Assembly: GCA_963794325.1 (NCBI GenBank)
Contig: CAWCDG010000004.1
Coordinates: forward strand, 1,447,302 to 1,511,301
Length of the DNA: 64,000 bases
Direction: 5' to 3'
Origin: an uncultured delta proteobacterium
GTDB lineage: Bacteria > Desulfobacterota > Binatia > Binatales > Binataceae
Below are positions 1-8,617 of this stretch, one piece after another. The notes under the pieces are model-generated. The model saw only the letters and a list, made by a program, of their open reading frames with translations. It was not told the DNA's origin and ran no database searches. Each line of letters starts with the position of its first letter. Position 1 is the first letter of the stretch. A program made the position numbers and the translations under genes.

Positions 1-1588
1 GCGCGGGACTCTTGACGCCAGGAATGCGCTTGTCCCACCATACCACCGGCACCGCAAACGTCAGCTCGCGATCGGAGTACTTAGTGTCTCGATCGCCGGC
101 CGCAGTCATTTGATCGAAATTGGCACCTATAAGACAAACTACCGCGTGTGTTCCACTCTTGTCTTCGAGCTGTCCGGCCACCTCGAATTTGAAGAAATCG
201 TTTTCCAGGTACCTATCGAGCATGTCTTGCAAACCACGCTTTTCAGCTTTGAGAGGCATCACTCGAAGTGTTATCTGCGGGAAGTGATAAGGGCCGCTCA
301 CCTCCTCGCCCGCGCCGCTTCCCAGGTTGAGATAGGCAATCTCTCTTCGCGGCATTTGTTTTGGAGTATCGCCGGTATTCCATTTGGTGGTATTCGTACG
401 CCAGCATTGCGAATCCGCCAGCCCATAACCGAGATCCATCTTTAGCCAGAAAGGCATCATAGGGCGCACCGTCGATGCAGGTTTGCCGCCAACGCTGGAA
501 TGTTCCGACGTCTCTATTCCTAACGTCCGCACGATAGGCTGAACCGCGGTGTCGCGAAGGTTGACGTAGATTCCGCCAGATGGGTCTCCCGAAATTGGAT
601 CGAACAGAGAGCCACCATCGATGGTTCTTTCGATTTGCATCTTCGATCCGACGATTGCCTGAAAACAGGCAGCCGACGAACTGTGCACACCACGGATTTG
701 CTTCATGGTGATGACGCTCATGGGAGCAATCAGAGAACCCTGAATCGAGGTCTGCTGCGATTGTACGTCTTCGGGCGGTGCACGAAACGAAGTAGGGGCC
801 ACCGACGTCGATAGTCCGTAAAAGCGCGACAACATCTCCTGCAGTGACTTTATGTCGCGATCGGAATAGCCGATTGGGAAGAAGCCCGCGGTCTCGAAAA
901 TGCTAATAGCCGCCGTTACTGAACTTGCTATTGCCCGCGGAATAGCGGTGAACAAATCGGTAACGGCGGAGCTGGCCGACATGAAGGGCCTGCGTTGAAA
1001 GATTTGCAGGAACTCCTCGGCGCCTGACTGTTCGCCATAGTTAGTGCCTGAGGTAACGAGGCTGATGCTGGCCAGGCGCCGTGCATTGCCAGCCTCGAAG
1101 ATTGCCGGACTAACATCGATCTTGATTCCGGACTTGGACCATCCGTAGATCTTGCGACCACCGGACATAGAGAGTGGGTTGTCCACGAAGATAAATGGAA
1201 ACACCATTGCCCAATCGGCGAATACCCAGTTCCTTTTCTCTTTCTTATAGCATCGAATCGGGACGCCAAATGCCAGCTCATGCTGCGAGAACCATCCTAC
1301 GTTCCTCGACGAAACAGCCATCTGCCCGTAGTCGACAACTTGCATCAAGACCCACGGCACGGCGGGCTTGAAGTAGAGAGGCAGCTCTTCGTCCAGGTTG
1401 AGATAGTTGTCACAAAATTCCTGGAGCCGATCCATGCTGGCCTTCAGAGGAAAAATCTGCGTCACTACATCGCTGTATTTCTGTTCGAGATGAGCCGGTA
1501 GAGCTAGAAACTCGCCGAGGGCATGATTGAATTTAGGTAGAGCCGCAGTTCTGCTTATTCGAGGCGGCTGAGTCTTCTTCTTGGCCAT
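1..1588 (-). CDS. Double acetoacetate-decarboxylase-like (ADC / beta-cone family) domain protein; 3' end lies outside the window
   Basis: Absent from the ORF track because it runs off the left edge. I translated the minus strand by hand from ATG 1588-1586 (MAKKKTQPPRISRTAALPKF...) and the frame stays open for all 529 codons to position 2. FIFVDNPLSMSGGRKIYGWSK resembles the GRExYGxPK region of ADC-family proteins. The last ~100 residues (RVMPLKAEKRGLQDMLDRYLEN...ELTFAVPVVWW) repeat the N-terminal pattern (IFPLKASMDRLQEFCDNYLNLD...ELAFGVPIRCY), suggesting two domains. Confidence 0.55.
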   Translation of the reverse strand, partial: MAKKKTQPPRISRTAALPKFNHALGEFLALPAHLEQKYSDVVTQIFPLKASMDRLQEFCDNYLNLDEELPLYFKPAVPWVLMQVVDYGQMAVSSRNVGWFSQHELAFGVPIRCYKKEKRNWVFADWAMVFPFIFVDNPLSMSGGRKIYGWSKSGIKIDVSPAIFEAGNARRLASISLVTSGTNYGEQSGAEEFLQIFQRRPFMSASSAVTDLFTAIPRAIASSVTAAISIFETAGFFPIGYSDRDIKSLQEMLSRFYGLSTSVAPTSFRAPPEDVQSQQTSIQGSLIAPMSVITMKQIRGVHSSSAACFQAIVGSKMQIERTIDGGSLFDPISGDPSGGIYVNLRDTAVQPIVRTLGIETSEHSSVGGKPASTVRPMMPFWLKMDLGYGLADSQCWRTNTTKWNTGDTPKQMPRREIAYLNLGSGAGEEVSGPYHFPQITLRVMPLKAEKRGLQDMLDRYLENDFFKFEVAGQLEDKSGTHAVVCLIGANFDQMTAAGDRDTKYSDRELTFAVPVVWWDKRIPGVKSPA

Positions 1589-1651
1589 GGACATTCCCCC
1601 GATTTTGTTGCACCTAAAGTCAGCAAAGCGTTGGTTGTTACCTGGGCCTTA

Positions 1652-2366
1652 CTAGTCCGCAATTCGAATACTCAGTGTTCCTCGAGTCTCGCCGGTCTCG
1701 CGATCTACGATTACGCCAGAGTAGGTACCCGGAGGTTGGCTCTCTGGTATTCGAAGACGCAGCTTAACGCGGCCTGCCACTTCGTCAGGTACCAAACTGA
1801 TATCTCTCAAAACCGGTTTCCGGGAATCAACGGCGCTTAGGCCCAGAGCTACAAGGGATTGAGATTCCGAATTCGGACGGAGTTCGACCGATACCTGGAC
1901 GGGTCGGAGCGAGGCTACTTCTATCGATACAGCCATCATTTCGGCGTCGTTTGCATGAGGTCGAGTTGCCGGGTCGGGTGCGTGGCCGTTTTGTGAGGGA
2001 TAAACTTTGACGAGTGTTGATAGTGTTTCGATCCAGAGCGGAAGCATCTCGGCCTGAAAGCGTAGCATCCGCTCGACAAGTACTTGCAGGTTGTCGCCTG
2101 GCGCGATGAGTTGTATAAGGCTGAGTGCTGAAGCCCTCGGCCGCTCGCCGCCCTTCGGCGATGTGCTTTTCGATCACGCTATACGCGAGTTCGACACCTT
2201 CGGCCAGTGGATTTTCACTCCTCGCGACACGACCTGTGTCGGGTGGGACTGGCTTTGCGGGACCGGATCCGTTGGCAGAATCGGATTTGCTATATAGCTT
2301 CGAGAAATTGCGGACCGGTGTAATCCTCGCCGGATCACCGCGATGGAGTCGTTTGCGATCGTTCAT
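1652..2366 (-). CDS. Small hypothetical protein with a beta-sandwich-like C-terminus, apparently split by a frameshift near 2110-2135
   Basis: The 138-aa ORF 1652..2068 looks protein-like (GTYSGVIVDRETGETRGTLSIRI). The 179-aa ORF 1827..2366 looks protein-like only for its first ~80 aa (to ...EKHIAEGRRAAEGFS), then becomes Arg-rich junk. The 138-aa frame stays open upstream to ~2150 (..ALSLIQLIAPGDNLQVLVERM) with no start codon there. It sits 15 nt downstream of the oxidoreductase stop. Confidence 0.45.
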
Positions 2367-2381
2367 GTTCCCCCGCAGCGT

Positions 2382-4643
2382 TCAAGGATGGTCGAAAGCC
2401 ACTATGTCTTCAAGTGCTGGTGAATGTGAAATTGCGTGCGCAGCGAGCCTGCCAGAAATCACGGCCGCTTCGACGCATCCCGCGTCAAGCCCGCAGGTCG
2501 TCCAATCACCCGCTATAGTCAGGTTGTCGTAGGTGTTATCCAATGGCGAGATGCGGTATTTCTGAGTGCCGGGCAGCGAAAGTACGTAACGTTCGGTCGG
2601 GTTCACATTCGCGGTCCAATGTTGAGAGTCAAAACGAGCGTGACTCCCGCGGGAAGATCGACGACCATGTTTTGTCTCTCCAGGAATCATCAGTAGGTCC
2701 CATCTGAATTTGCCGCGCCGACTTACAGCCTTCGGCCAAAGCTGTGCGATGTCATCGTTGAGATAATGAATCGCATTTTTCTGAACCTCATGGCGTCGCC
2801 GCTTCGGGTAGCTAATAGCTGACATCTCTCCAGGCGTTAACGGATCCTTCAGTGCGCTACAGAAGTAAGCTATAGCTTTCGGACTCACCTTCCAACTTTC
2901 TTCGCGGATCAGGTGACTCATATCTGCCCAGGTTTCGAAAGGCTGCACAAACGCCGACAACGCCAGCGGAGGATCCTGCCATCCTAATTGCTCCATATCT
3001 TCGCGAAGCCAGATCTGAAAGGCCTGTGTGTTTACGGTCTTCAGATGCGTTACCATATCGCGCCAGCGCTGATCTCGTTGAATAAGGTCCTGGCACACAT
3101 ACGGAACAGCTCCCAGGCCGACGCCCAGAACGACGAAATCAAAATCGTCGGTCACTCGCAAAGTCTTAGTCGCGGCTTTTGTGCGGTCCCAATGCGACTC
3201 GAAGTCTCGATCATCGCGCTTGAATTTGCTTCCGTCGACCAACTGCGAGTAGTCCGGCTTCGACGGCCAGCAGGGCAGTCCCCCAACATCGATCAATGGC
3301 GAGTATTCCTGGCGGTTCCTGACTTGCGCCTGCACGTCGAACTCGAGTGCTTTGACATAGGGGCGCTCCCCTTCCGCAAGCTCTGCAGGATCGGCCAATC
3401 TTACTTTTTCCAGGCGATGAAAAAATTTGAAAGTTACTCCGCGTTTTTTCAGTACTTCATACATGGGCGCGAAGACTGTATCCCCCATGCCGGCATGCAT
3501 TTTCCAAAAGATCGCGCCGCGCGAGCTGAACAGCATTCGTAGCGCCCCACGAAGTGCAACTCCAGCCCCGTGTCGCGGACGTTGATAGTCTCCGTCTTCG
3601 TAAGCGAAGACGAGATCGTAGGCGCCGCGGATGATAGGTGACTCGAGTGAACGCTCCGACGCACCATTGATTCGGAGCCACTCGCGAAAGTCGTAGTCGT
3701 TGATAGCGTCGAACCCTCGCGGATCCGAAATCAGGCCGAAGCGAAGAATTCCTCGCATCGATGCCATCGCCAAATCCACAGCCTGCCATAGAATCAACAG
3801 TTCAGGATCGTTCTCAACAATTGCTTCGAGTTGACGTCGAGCACTGGCGGCGATTAGTTCGAGGAGTTGCGCGATCCCGTTGTCCGGATAGATAGAACGC
3901 GGTGCAAAGGCCAGCTCGAGCGTTTCGACAGCTTCAATTAGAGCGGTTGTCGTCGCGATCCAGCCCAGCCCCAGAAGACGTGCTATGCGTTTAGGAGGTT
4001 CGTCTGACGGTTCGGCGGTCTTCGAGTTCGACTTATAGGAGTGTCGCGCCTCGGAAGCGTCGCTTTCTGTTCTAGACGAGCTGCGGCTGCTTCGACTCGC
4101 CTGCGCCGCAAGGAGCAGGGTCCGCAAAATGCTGGCCGTGCGGGCGAGATAAGAGGTGACTGTAAAAGGATCGTTCTCGGTGACGGGATCGCCGGGTAGG
4201 CCGTCGCCCGGCGGGAAGTACGACAAGAAATTCCAATAGGTGCCGTTGTTCGATCGCTGGGTCAGCCCGATAAAAGGGGCTGGGGAGAATGCGTCCCGCC
4301 AATCCGCGATTCTGCATTTGCGCCGATCGCGGTTCAATTCTGTGTAACACTCGCGAATCAGCCGAAATGCATTCTCGTAGGAACCCATCCAAAGATGAAG
4401 GCCGTGTTCTTCGATTCGGTTGGCGGGACCGCGGCCCGAAGCGCCCTTGCCGCCAAGACGCCAGCCGAGTTGATAAATTGTTACCTGGTATTTGCCTTTG
4501 TGCTCTGGACGACTCAGTTCGAAGGCGGCCGAAATCGCGGCGCATCCGCCTCCGATGACGGCGACTTTGATCGGCGTCTCTTTGGGCAATTCATTTGTTC
4601 GCACAATCGGATTTCTCGGCAATTGGGTAGCCGAACGAAACAT
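2382..4643 (-). CDS. Large FAD/NAD(P)-binding oxidoreductase (amine-oxidase / phytoene-desaturase superfamily, COG3349-like)
   Basis: 753-aa ORF. N-terminal Rossmann motif KVAVIGGGCAAISAAFEL. C-terminal flavin-binding signature LTIAGDWTTCGLDAGCVEAAVISGRLAA, typical of amine-oxidase-type flavoenzymes. A long Ser/Arg-rich insertion is present. Confidence 0.7.
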   Translation of the reverse strand: MFRSATQLPRNPIVRTNELPKETPIKVAVIGGGCAAISAAFELSRPEHKGKYQVTIYQLGWRLGGKGASGRGPANRIEEHGLHLWMGSYENAFRLIRECYTELNRDRRKCRIADWRDAFSPAPFIGLTQRSNNGTYWNFLSYFPPGDGLPGDPVTENDPFTVTSYLARTASILRTLLLAAQASRSSRSSSRTESDASEARHSYKSNSKTAEPSDEPPKRIARLLGLGWIATTTALIEAVETLELAFAPRSIYPDNGIAQLLELIAASARRQLEAIVENDPELLILWQAVDLAMASMRGILRFGLISDPRGFDAINDYDFREWLRINGASERSLESPIIRGAYDLVFAYEDGDYQRPRHGAGVALRGALRMLFSSRGAIFWKMHAGMGDTVFAPMYEVLKKRGVTFKFFHRLEKVRLADPAELAEGERPYVKALEFDVQAQVRNRQEYSPLIDVGGLPCWPSKPDYSQLVDGSKFKRDDRDFESHWDRTKAATKTLRVTDDFDFVVLGVGLGAVPYVCQDLIQRDQRWRDMVTHLKTVNTQAFQIWLREDMEQLGWQDPPLALSAFVQPFETWADMSHLIREESWKVSPKAIAYFCSALKDPLTPGEMSAISYPKRRRHEVQKNAIHYLNDDIAQLWPKAVSRRGKFRWDLLMIPGETKHGRRSSRGSHARFDSQHWTANVNPTERYVLSLPGTQKYRISPLDNTYDNLTIAGDWTTCGLDAGCVEAAVISGRLAAHAISHSPALEDIVAFDHP

Positions 4644-4677
4644 CCAACATAAGCGCGATTAGGTCAACCGCGGATTC

Positions 4678-4769
4678 TTACTCGCGAAATCCCAGCCGGC
4701 TCAGCCAGAGACCGAACACCAATCCGGTCGGGCCTGCGCCGACGATGAGAACGTCGGTATCGTGATTTG
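4678..4769 (-). pseudogene. Remnant of the N-terminus of an FAD-dependent monooxygenase
   Basis: The minus strand reads ..HAPNHDTDVLIVGAGPTGLVFGLWLSRLGFRE*, the classic DVLIVGAGPxGL dinucleotide-binding start of flavin monooxygenases. It ends after ~30 codons and has no in-frame ATG/GTG/TTG upstream. Confidence 0.5.
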
Positions 4770-4787
4770 GGGCGTGGAGAGAGAGGT

Positions 4788-4816
4788 GTAGTGGCGGACG
4801 ATTGGTCCGCCACTAC
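4788..4816 (-). terminator. Strong hairpin downstream of flp (12-bp perfect stem, 5-nt loop)
   Basis: GTAGTGGCGGAC-gattg-GTCCGCCACTAC, 19 nt after the flp stop codon. No clear T-tract follows, so terminator function is inferred. Confidence 0.45.
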
Positions 4817-4835
4817 GAGGTTTCAGCTGGGTTGC

Positions 4836-5006
4836 TTACAGCTTCCCGTCAACGCTGCTCAGCAGCGTGGTGATCGTCGTACCCATGGTCTGGTAGCCGG
4901 CGAAAACCACCACCGCGACCGCCGCCATGATCAGCGCATACTCGGCCATTGTCTGACCGCGCTGATACTCGCGCACCTTTACGTACGCCCTCGTGATTGT
5001 GCCCAT
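4836..5006 (-). CDS. flp: Flp/Fap family type IVb pilin (56 aa)
   Basis: Below the ORF-track size cut-off. Hand translation gives MGTITRAYVKVREYQRGQTMAEYALIMAAVAVVVFAGYQTMGTTITTLLSSVDGKL. It has the Flp prepilin motif G-x4-EY followed by a hydrophobic helix. A strong SD (AAGGAGGA) lies 7 nt upstream of the ATG, and a hairpin lies downstream. Confidence 0.8.
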   Translation of the reverse strand: MGTITRAYVKVREYQRGQTMAEYALIMAAVAVVVFAGYQTMGTTITTLLSSVDGKL

Positions 5007-5247
5007 TGCCCGTGTCCTCCTTCTTTTGTTGTCCGGCCTGAATTTGCCACCGTCCCTGTGGTAAGCCCAACAGACAGATTAATATACTCTTTGTAGGCTT
5101 GTGTAAAGCGGCGCGCAAACGACAAATTACCAGTAAATAAACGTTGCCGTGATTTTCTTTGCGAGGTGGCTTGAAAGACAAATGGGCGGGACCAGGGACG
5201 TGCAGCGGGTGAATCAGTCGTGCGAATGACGGAATAGCCGAGATGCG

Positions 5248-6282
5248 ATGACAACTGAAAACGGCTCAGGCATTGTCTCCACAATCTTGCGCGAATACGG
5301 CAGCCTGACGCGTGCCGCGCTGAAGGAGTACCTGCCCGAACGCGAACCGCGCCGCTATCTGTACGACCTCCTCAACGACTACCCGCAACGCGGCGGCAAG
5401 ATGATGCGCCCCGGCTTGTGCATTGCTACCGCGCGGATGTTCGGAGCGCCGATCGAGCAGACGATACGCACCGCGGTTGCGATTGAGCTGCTGCACAACG
5501 CATTGCTGATTCACGACGATATTGAGGACGGCAGCGAGCAGCGCAGGGGCGCTCCCACCCTTCACGTACTTCACGGTGTGCCGCTCGCGCTCAATGCCGG
5601 TGACATGCTCTCGTTGATGGCGTTCCAGCCGCTGCTCGACAATCGGTCCGTCGTCGGCGACGAGCTCTGTCTTCGAATCATCGAAGAAACCCAGCGGATG
5701 GCGCGTGAGTGTGCCGAAGGACAGTCGATGGAACTCGGCTGGCGCCAGTACAATGCGACCGAAATCGGCGACCGCGAATATCTGGAGATGGTGCTGAAGA
5801 AGACCTGCTGGCTGGCGACGATTTTCCCGATTCGAGTCGGCGCGATAATCGGCAGCCGCGGGACGGCCGACCTCGAAGCGTTTTTGCGATTCGGATTCTT
5901 CCTGGGCGCGGCCTTCCAGATTCAGGATGACCTGCTCAACCTTGTCGGCGACGAGCGCTACGGAAAAGAGCGCGACGGCGACCTCTGGGAAGGAAAACGG
6001 ACCTTGATGCTGATTCAAGTCTTCCGCGAATCGACTCCCGACGAGCGAGAGCGCCTTGGCGCGGCGCTGGCTGGCCCGCGGGCAACGCGTTCCCCATCGG
6101 AAGTCAAATGGATGCGTTCGTTGTTCAAAAAATACGACGCATCAGCTTACGCGCGGAGAATTGCTCAAGAGCTGGCGGGAGCCGCGCTTCACGAGTTTTC
6201 TCTGCTATCCGCCGGGCTTCCCGAATCGCGCGACAAAACTTTTCTCGAACAAATGGCGATCTGGGTTATCGAGCGAAACTGA
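5248..6282 (+). CDS. Polyprenyl (geranylgeranyl-type) diphosphate synthase
   Basis: 344 aa. First Asp-rich motif LLIHDDIEDGSEQRRG. Second motif FQIQDDLLNLVGDERYGKE, the DDLLx form seen in actinobacterial-type GGPP synthases. Confidence 0.85.
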   Translation: MTTENGSGIVSTILREYGSLTRAALKEYLPEREPRRYLYDLLNDYPQRGGKMMRPGLCIATARMFGAPIEQTIRTAVAIELLHNALLIHDDIEDGSEQRRGAPTLHVLHGVPLALNAGDMLSLMAFQPLLDNRSVVGDELCLRIIEETQRMARECAEGQSMELGWRQYNATEIGDREYLEMVLKKTCWLATIFPIRVGAIIGSRGTADLEAFLRFGFFLGAAFQIQDDLLNLVGDERYGKERDGDLWEGKRTLMLIQVFRESTPDERERLGAALAGPRATRSPSEVKWMRSLFKKYDASAYARRIAQELAGAALHEFSLLSAGLPESRDKTFLEQMAIWVIERN

Positions 6283-6338
6283 CTCGGTTGCGTCGGTTCG
6301 CTGCCGCGGACTATGAGTCAGCAAGGAGATAGTCCGGC

Positions 6339-7679
6339 ATGTCTTCGGAACCTTTCGATCCGCTCGCTTCGTCCGCGCCGCTCATCGTTTACGTAGACTA
6401 CAAGAGTCCGTACGCGTACCTCGCGATCGATCCGACGTGCGCGTTGGAAGACGAACTCGGCATCGAGATTGATTGGCGACCCTTCACCCTCGACATTCCG
6501 AGCTATCTCGGCTCTGCGCGACTCAGCCACGAGGGCAAGGTGGTCGAGAACGAGCGCACGCCGGGCCAATGGACCAAGGTGAAGTACGCGTATCACGACG
6601 TGAGACGCTACGGGTCTCTGCGCGGAATCGTCATCCGGGGCGCGACCAAGATGTGGGATTCGTCGCTCGCAGGGATCGGAATGCTATGGGCCAAGGATCA
6701 AGGCAGAGCGGTGCGCCGCGCATACTCGGGCCTGGTGTACGAGCGCTTTTGGAAGCGCGAGCTCAACCTCGAAGACGCCGGAGTTATCGAGCGCGTACTT
6801 CACGAGGCTGGCGCACGGACGGCGGGCTTCCATGATTACGCGTCGGGTGAGGGTCGCACGCTCCACGACAGAATCCAGCGCAGTGCATTCGACGCGGGGA
6901 TCTTCGGAGTACCGACGTACGTGGTTGACGGCGAAGTCTTCTTCGGCCGAGAGCATCTTCCGCGAATTCGATGGATGCTCACTGGGCGCTCTGGCGCGCC
7001 ACCCGACATTGCCTACCGCGATTTCCCGGCCGAACGCGCGGCGGTGCACGAAAACGTCAAAGGTCAAATCGCGGTCGTGATCGATTTCAAGAGTCCTCAA
7101 GCCTACCTGGCGATTGGGCCAACCTGCGCGCTCGCCGATGAGCTCGAGATGACTATCGACTGGCAACCGCTGATCGTCCCGCCGTCGAAAACGCCGGCAT
7201 CGCCAGCTGCGGGAGATGACCGCGGCGCGCGCCATCGTCGATTCCGTGCGGATTACCTGGAGCGCGATGTTCATCGCTACGCCAATGATCGCGGTCTTGT
7301 GATTGGCGGCCTTCATCGGCGCACGGATTCAACACTCGCCGCGATCGGACTGTTATGGGCCGGACGCCGGGGTCCGTCGCTCGCGCGGGCATACGTCGAG
7401 CGAGTTTTCGAACGCTATTGGCGAGAGACTCTCGACCTCGAAGACGAACGCTCGATACTAGCCGTGCTGACTGAGATTGAGGCGCCGATTTCCGGATTTG
7501 AAGCATTCGTAAAAGGCGATGGCCGCGCTGAGCTCGCGCGAATTCAAACAGAGCTGCGCGACAAGGAAGTCTTCGAGGTGCCAACCTATCTACTGAACGA
7601 CGATACTTTCCTAGGCCGCCAGCACCTGCCACTCATCCGGTCGATCCTTTCGGCCAGCAGTGCGCAATCACAACGCTGA
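6339..7679 (+). CDS. Tandem fusion of two 2-hydroxychromene-2-carboxylate isomerase / DsbA-like (GST-kappa) domains
   Basis: 446 aa with two homologous halves: IVYVDYKSPYAYLAIDPTCALEDELGIEIDWRPFTL and IAVVIDFKSPQAYLAIGPTCALADELEMTIDWQPLIV. Both halves end with a FGVPTY / FEVPTY ...F.GR.HLP motif. Confidence 0.7.
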   Translation: MSSEPFDPLASSAPLIVYVDYKSPYAYLAIDPTCALEDELGIEIDWRPFTLDIPSYLGSARLSHEGKVVENERTPGQWTKVKYAYHDVRRYGSLRGIVIRGATKMWDSSLAGIGMLWAKDQGRAVRRAYSGLVYERFWKRELNLEDAGVIERVLHEAGARTAGFHDYASGEGRTLHDRIQRSAFDAGIFGVPTYVVDGEVFFGREHLPRIRWMLTGRSGAPPDIAYRDFPAERAAVHENVKGQIAVVIDFKSPQAYLAIGPTCALADELEMTIDWQPLIVPPSKTPASPAAGDDRGARHRRFRADYLERDVHRYANDRGLVIGGLHRRTDSTLAAIGLLWAGRRGPSLARAYVERVFERYWRETLDLEDERSILAVLTEIEAPISGFEAFVKGDGRAELARIQTELRDKEVFEVPTYLLNDDTFLGRQHLPLIRSILSASSAQSQR

Positions 7680-7715
7680 AATGCGGAAGCACCCGGAGCG
7701 TCGATGCCCAAGACC

Positions 7716-7761
7716 TGGAGCCACCCGCGGCATTCGAACCGGCGACCTGCCGATTACGAAT
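7716..7761 (-). repeat. Decayed copy of the 3' half of tRNA-Thr (att-like direct repeat)
   Basis: 46 nt match positions 16689-16734 (anticodon loop to CCA end of the intact tRNA-Thr) in the same orientation, with 3 mismatches. Two mismatches break the T-stem. No 5' half is present. Confidence 0.7.
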
Positions 7762-7984
7762 GAGTCCGAAGGCAGGCTGCTATTGATCACCGCGTAACAA
7801 GATTCGCGTGAAATAAGGAGTTTGTTGGAATCGAGATCCGTGGCGTATCCCGGCAAACGCAGACACCGATCACAGAGCCCGACGATAGGTTCTTATCATC
7901 AAATCACAGAAGGTCGTTCAACTGACGCGGCTTGCTCGCATTCCCGCAGCGGGCGCAAGCGGCGCTACGGCCGGCCGATGATAA

Positions 7985-8617
7985 TCACCTCAATTTCTGG
8001 TCTTTCAGAAAGTTCATTTCTTCCTGCGTGGATTGTCTTCCGAGGGCATCGTTTCGACCTGGGAACCTTCCAAATCGCCGGAATACTTCCAGATGCTGCT
8101 CTGCGTGCTGGAGAATTTCGGTGCAATCGCGATTTTCCGAGACCAGCTCGGACGTGAGCCGCACCGACTCCAATTGATCATTCAGATTTTCGCTATGTTC
8201 GAGCGGAAGGTACAGAAACATTCGCATCATCGGGGACAACGCGCGGTCAAATCCAGCCGAGACAGCGTGGCGGGTCAGTTCGCGCGCCTTTGCGTCAGTT
8301 GCGAACGCTCGGGCGGTGCCGCGGAACATGTTGCGCGGAAATTGATCCAGCAGCAGAACCAGCGCGAGGCAACTTCGCGGATCGTTCTTCCAGTCCTCAA
8401 GCCGTCCGTGCGCGGCATCTTCGTAGCTGGCAAGGAACCGCGTCGTACAAAGCCGGTCGAATTCCGAAGTCGGGAAAAACCAGCGCGATTGAAACATGCT
8501 TTCCCTGGAACCCGGTTCGTCGGCAAACCAAAAGAGCAGAACCTTCTCAGCATCTAACCCAGCATTTTGACTGCCATCCCGAGCTCCACTCACGACGATA
8601 TACCTCGCTTCAATCAA
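7985..8617 (-). CDS. DUF924 family protein
   Basis: 210 aa. Carries the LLFWF and LLLDQFPRNMFRG motifs characteristic of DUF924. Its start codon abuts the stop of the upstream cyclase gene. Confidence 0.7.
   Translation of the reverse strand: MIEARYIVVSGARDGSQNAGLDAEKVLLFWFADEPGSRESMFQSRWFFPTSEFDRLCTTRFLASYEDAAHGRLEDWKNDPRSCLALVLLLDQFPRNMFRGTARAFATDAKARELTRHAVSAGFDRALSPMMRMFLYLPLEHSENLNDQLESVRLTSELVSENRDCTEILQHAEQHLEVFRRFGRFPGRNDALGRQSTQEEMNFLKDQKLR

Noticed and set aside
110-1501. ORF-track entries 110..445(+), 928..1281(-) and 1280..1501(+)
   Set aside because: All lie inside the 529-codon open minus-strand frame (the ADC-like gene) that the track could not list because it lacks a stop within the window.
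4836-5006. Inferring a complete Tad pilus locus from the flp gene
   Set aside because: No other tad/cpa/rcp genes are present in the window, so only the pilin gene itself is supported.
7716-7800. Possible second functional tRNA-Thr gene
   Set aside because: - Only the 3' 46 nt resemble a tRNA.
- The sequence 5' of the anticodon loop cannot form an anticodon stem, D-arm or acceptor stem.
- Two substitutions break the T-stem (GCCGG..GCCGC).
- I treat it as an att-like remnant.
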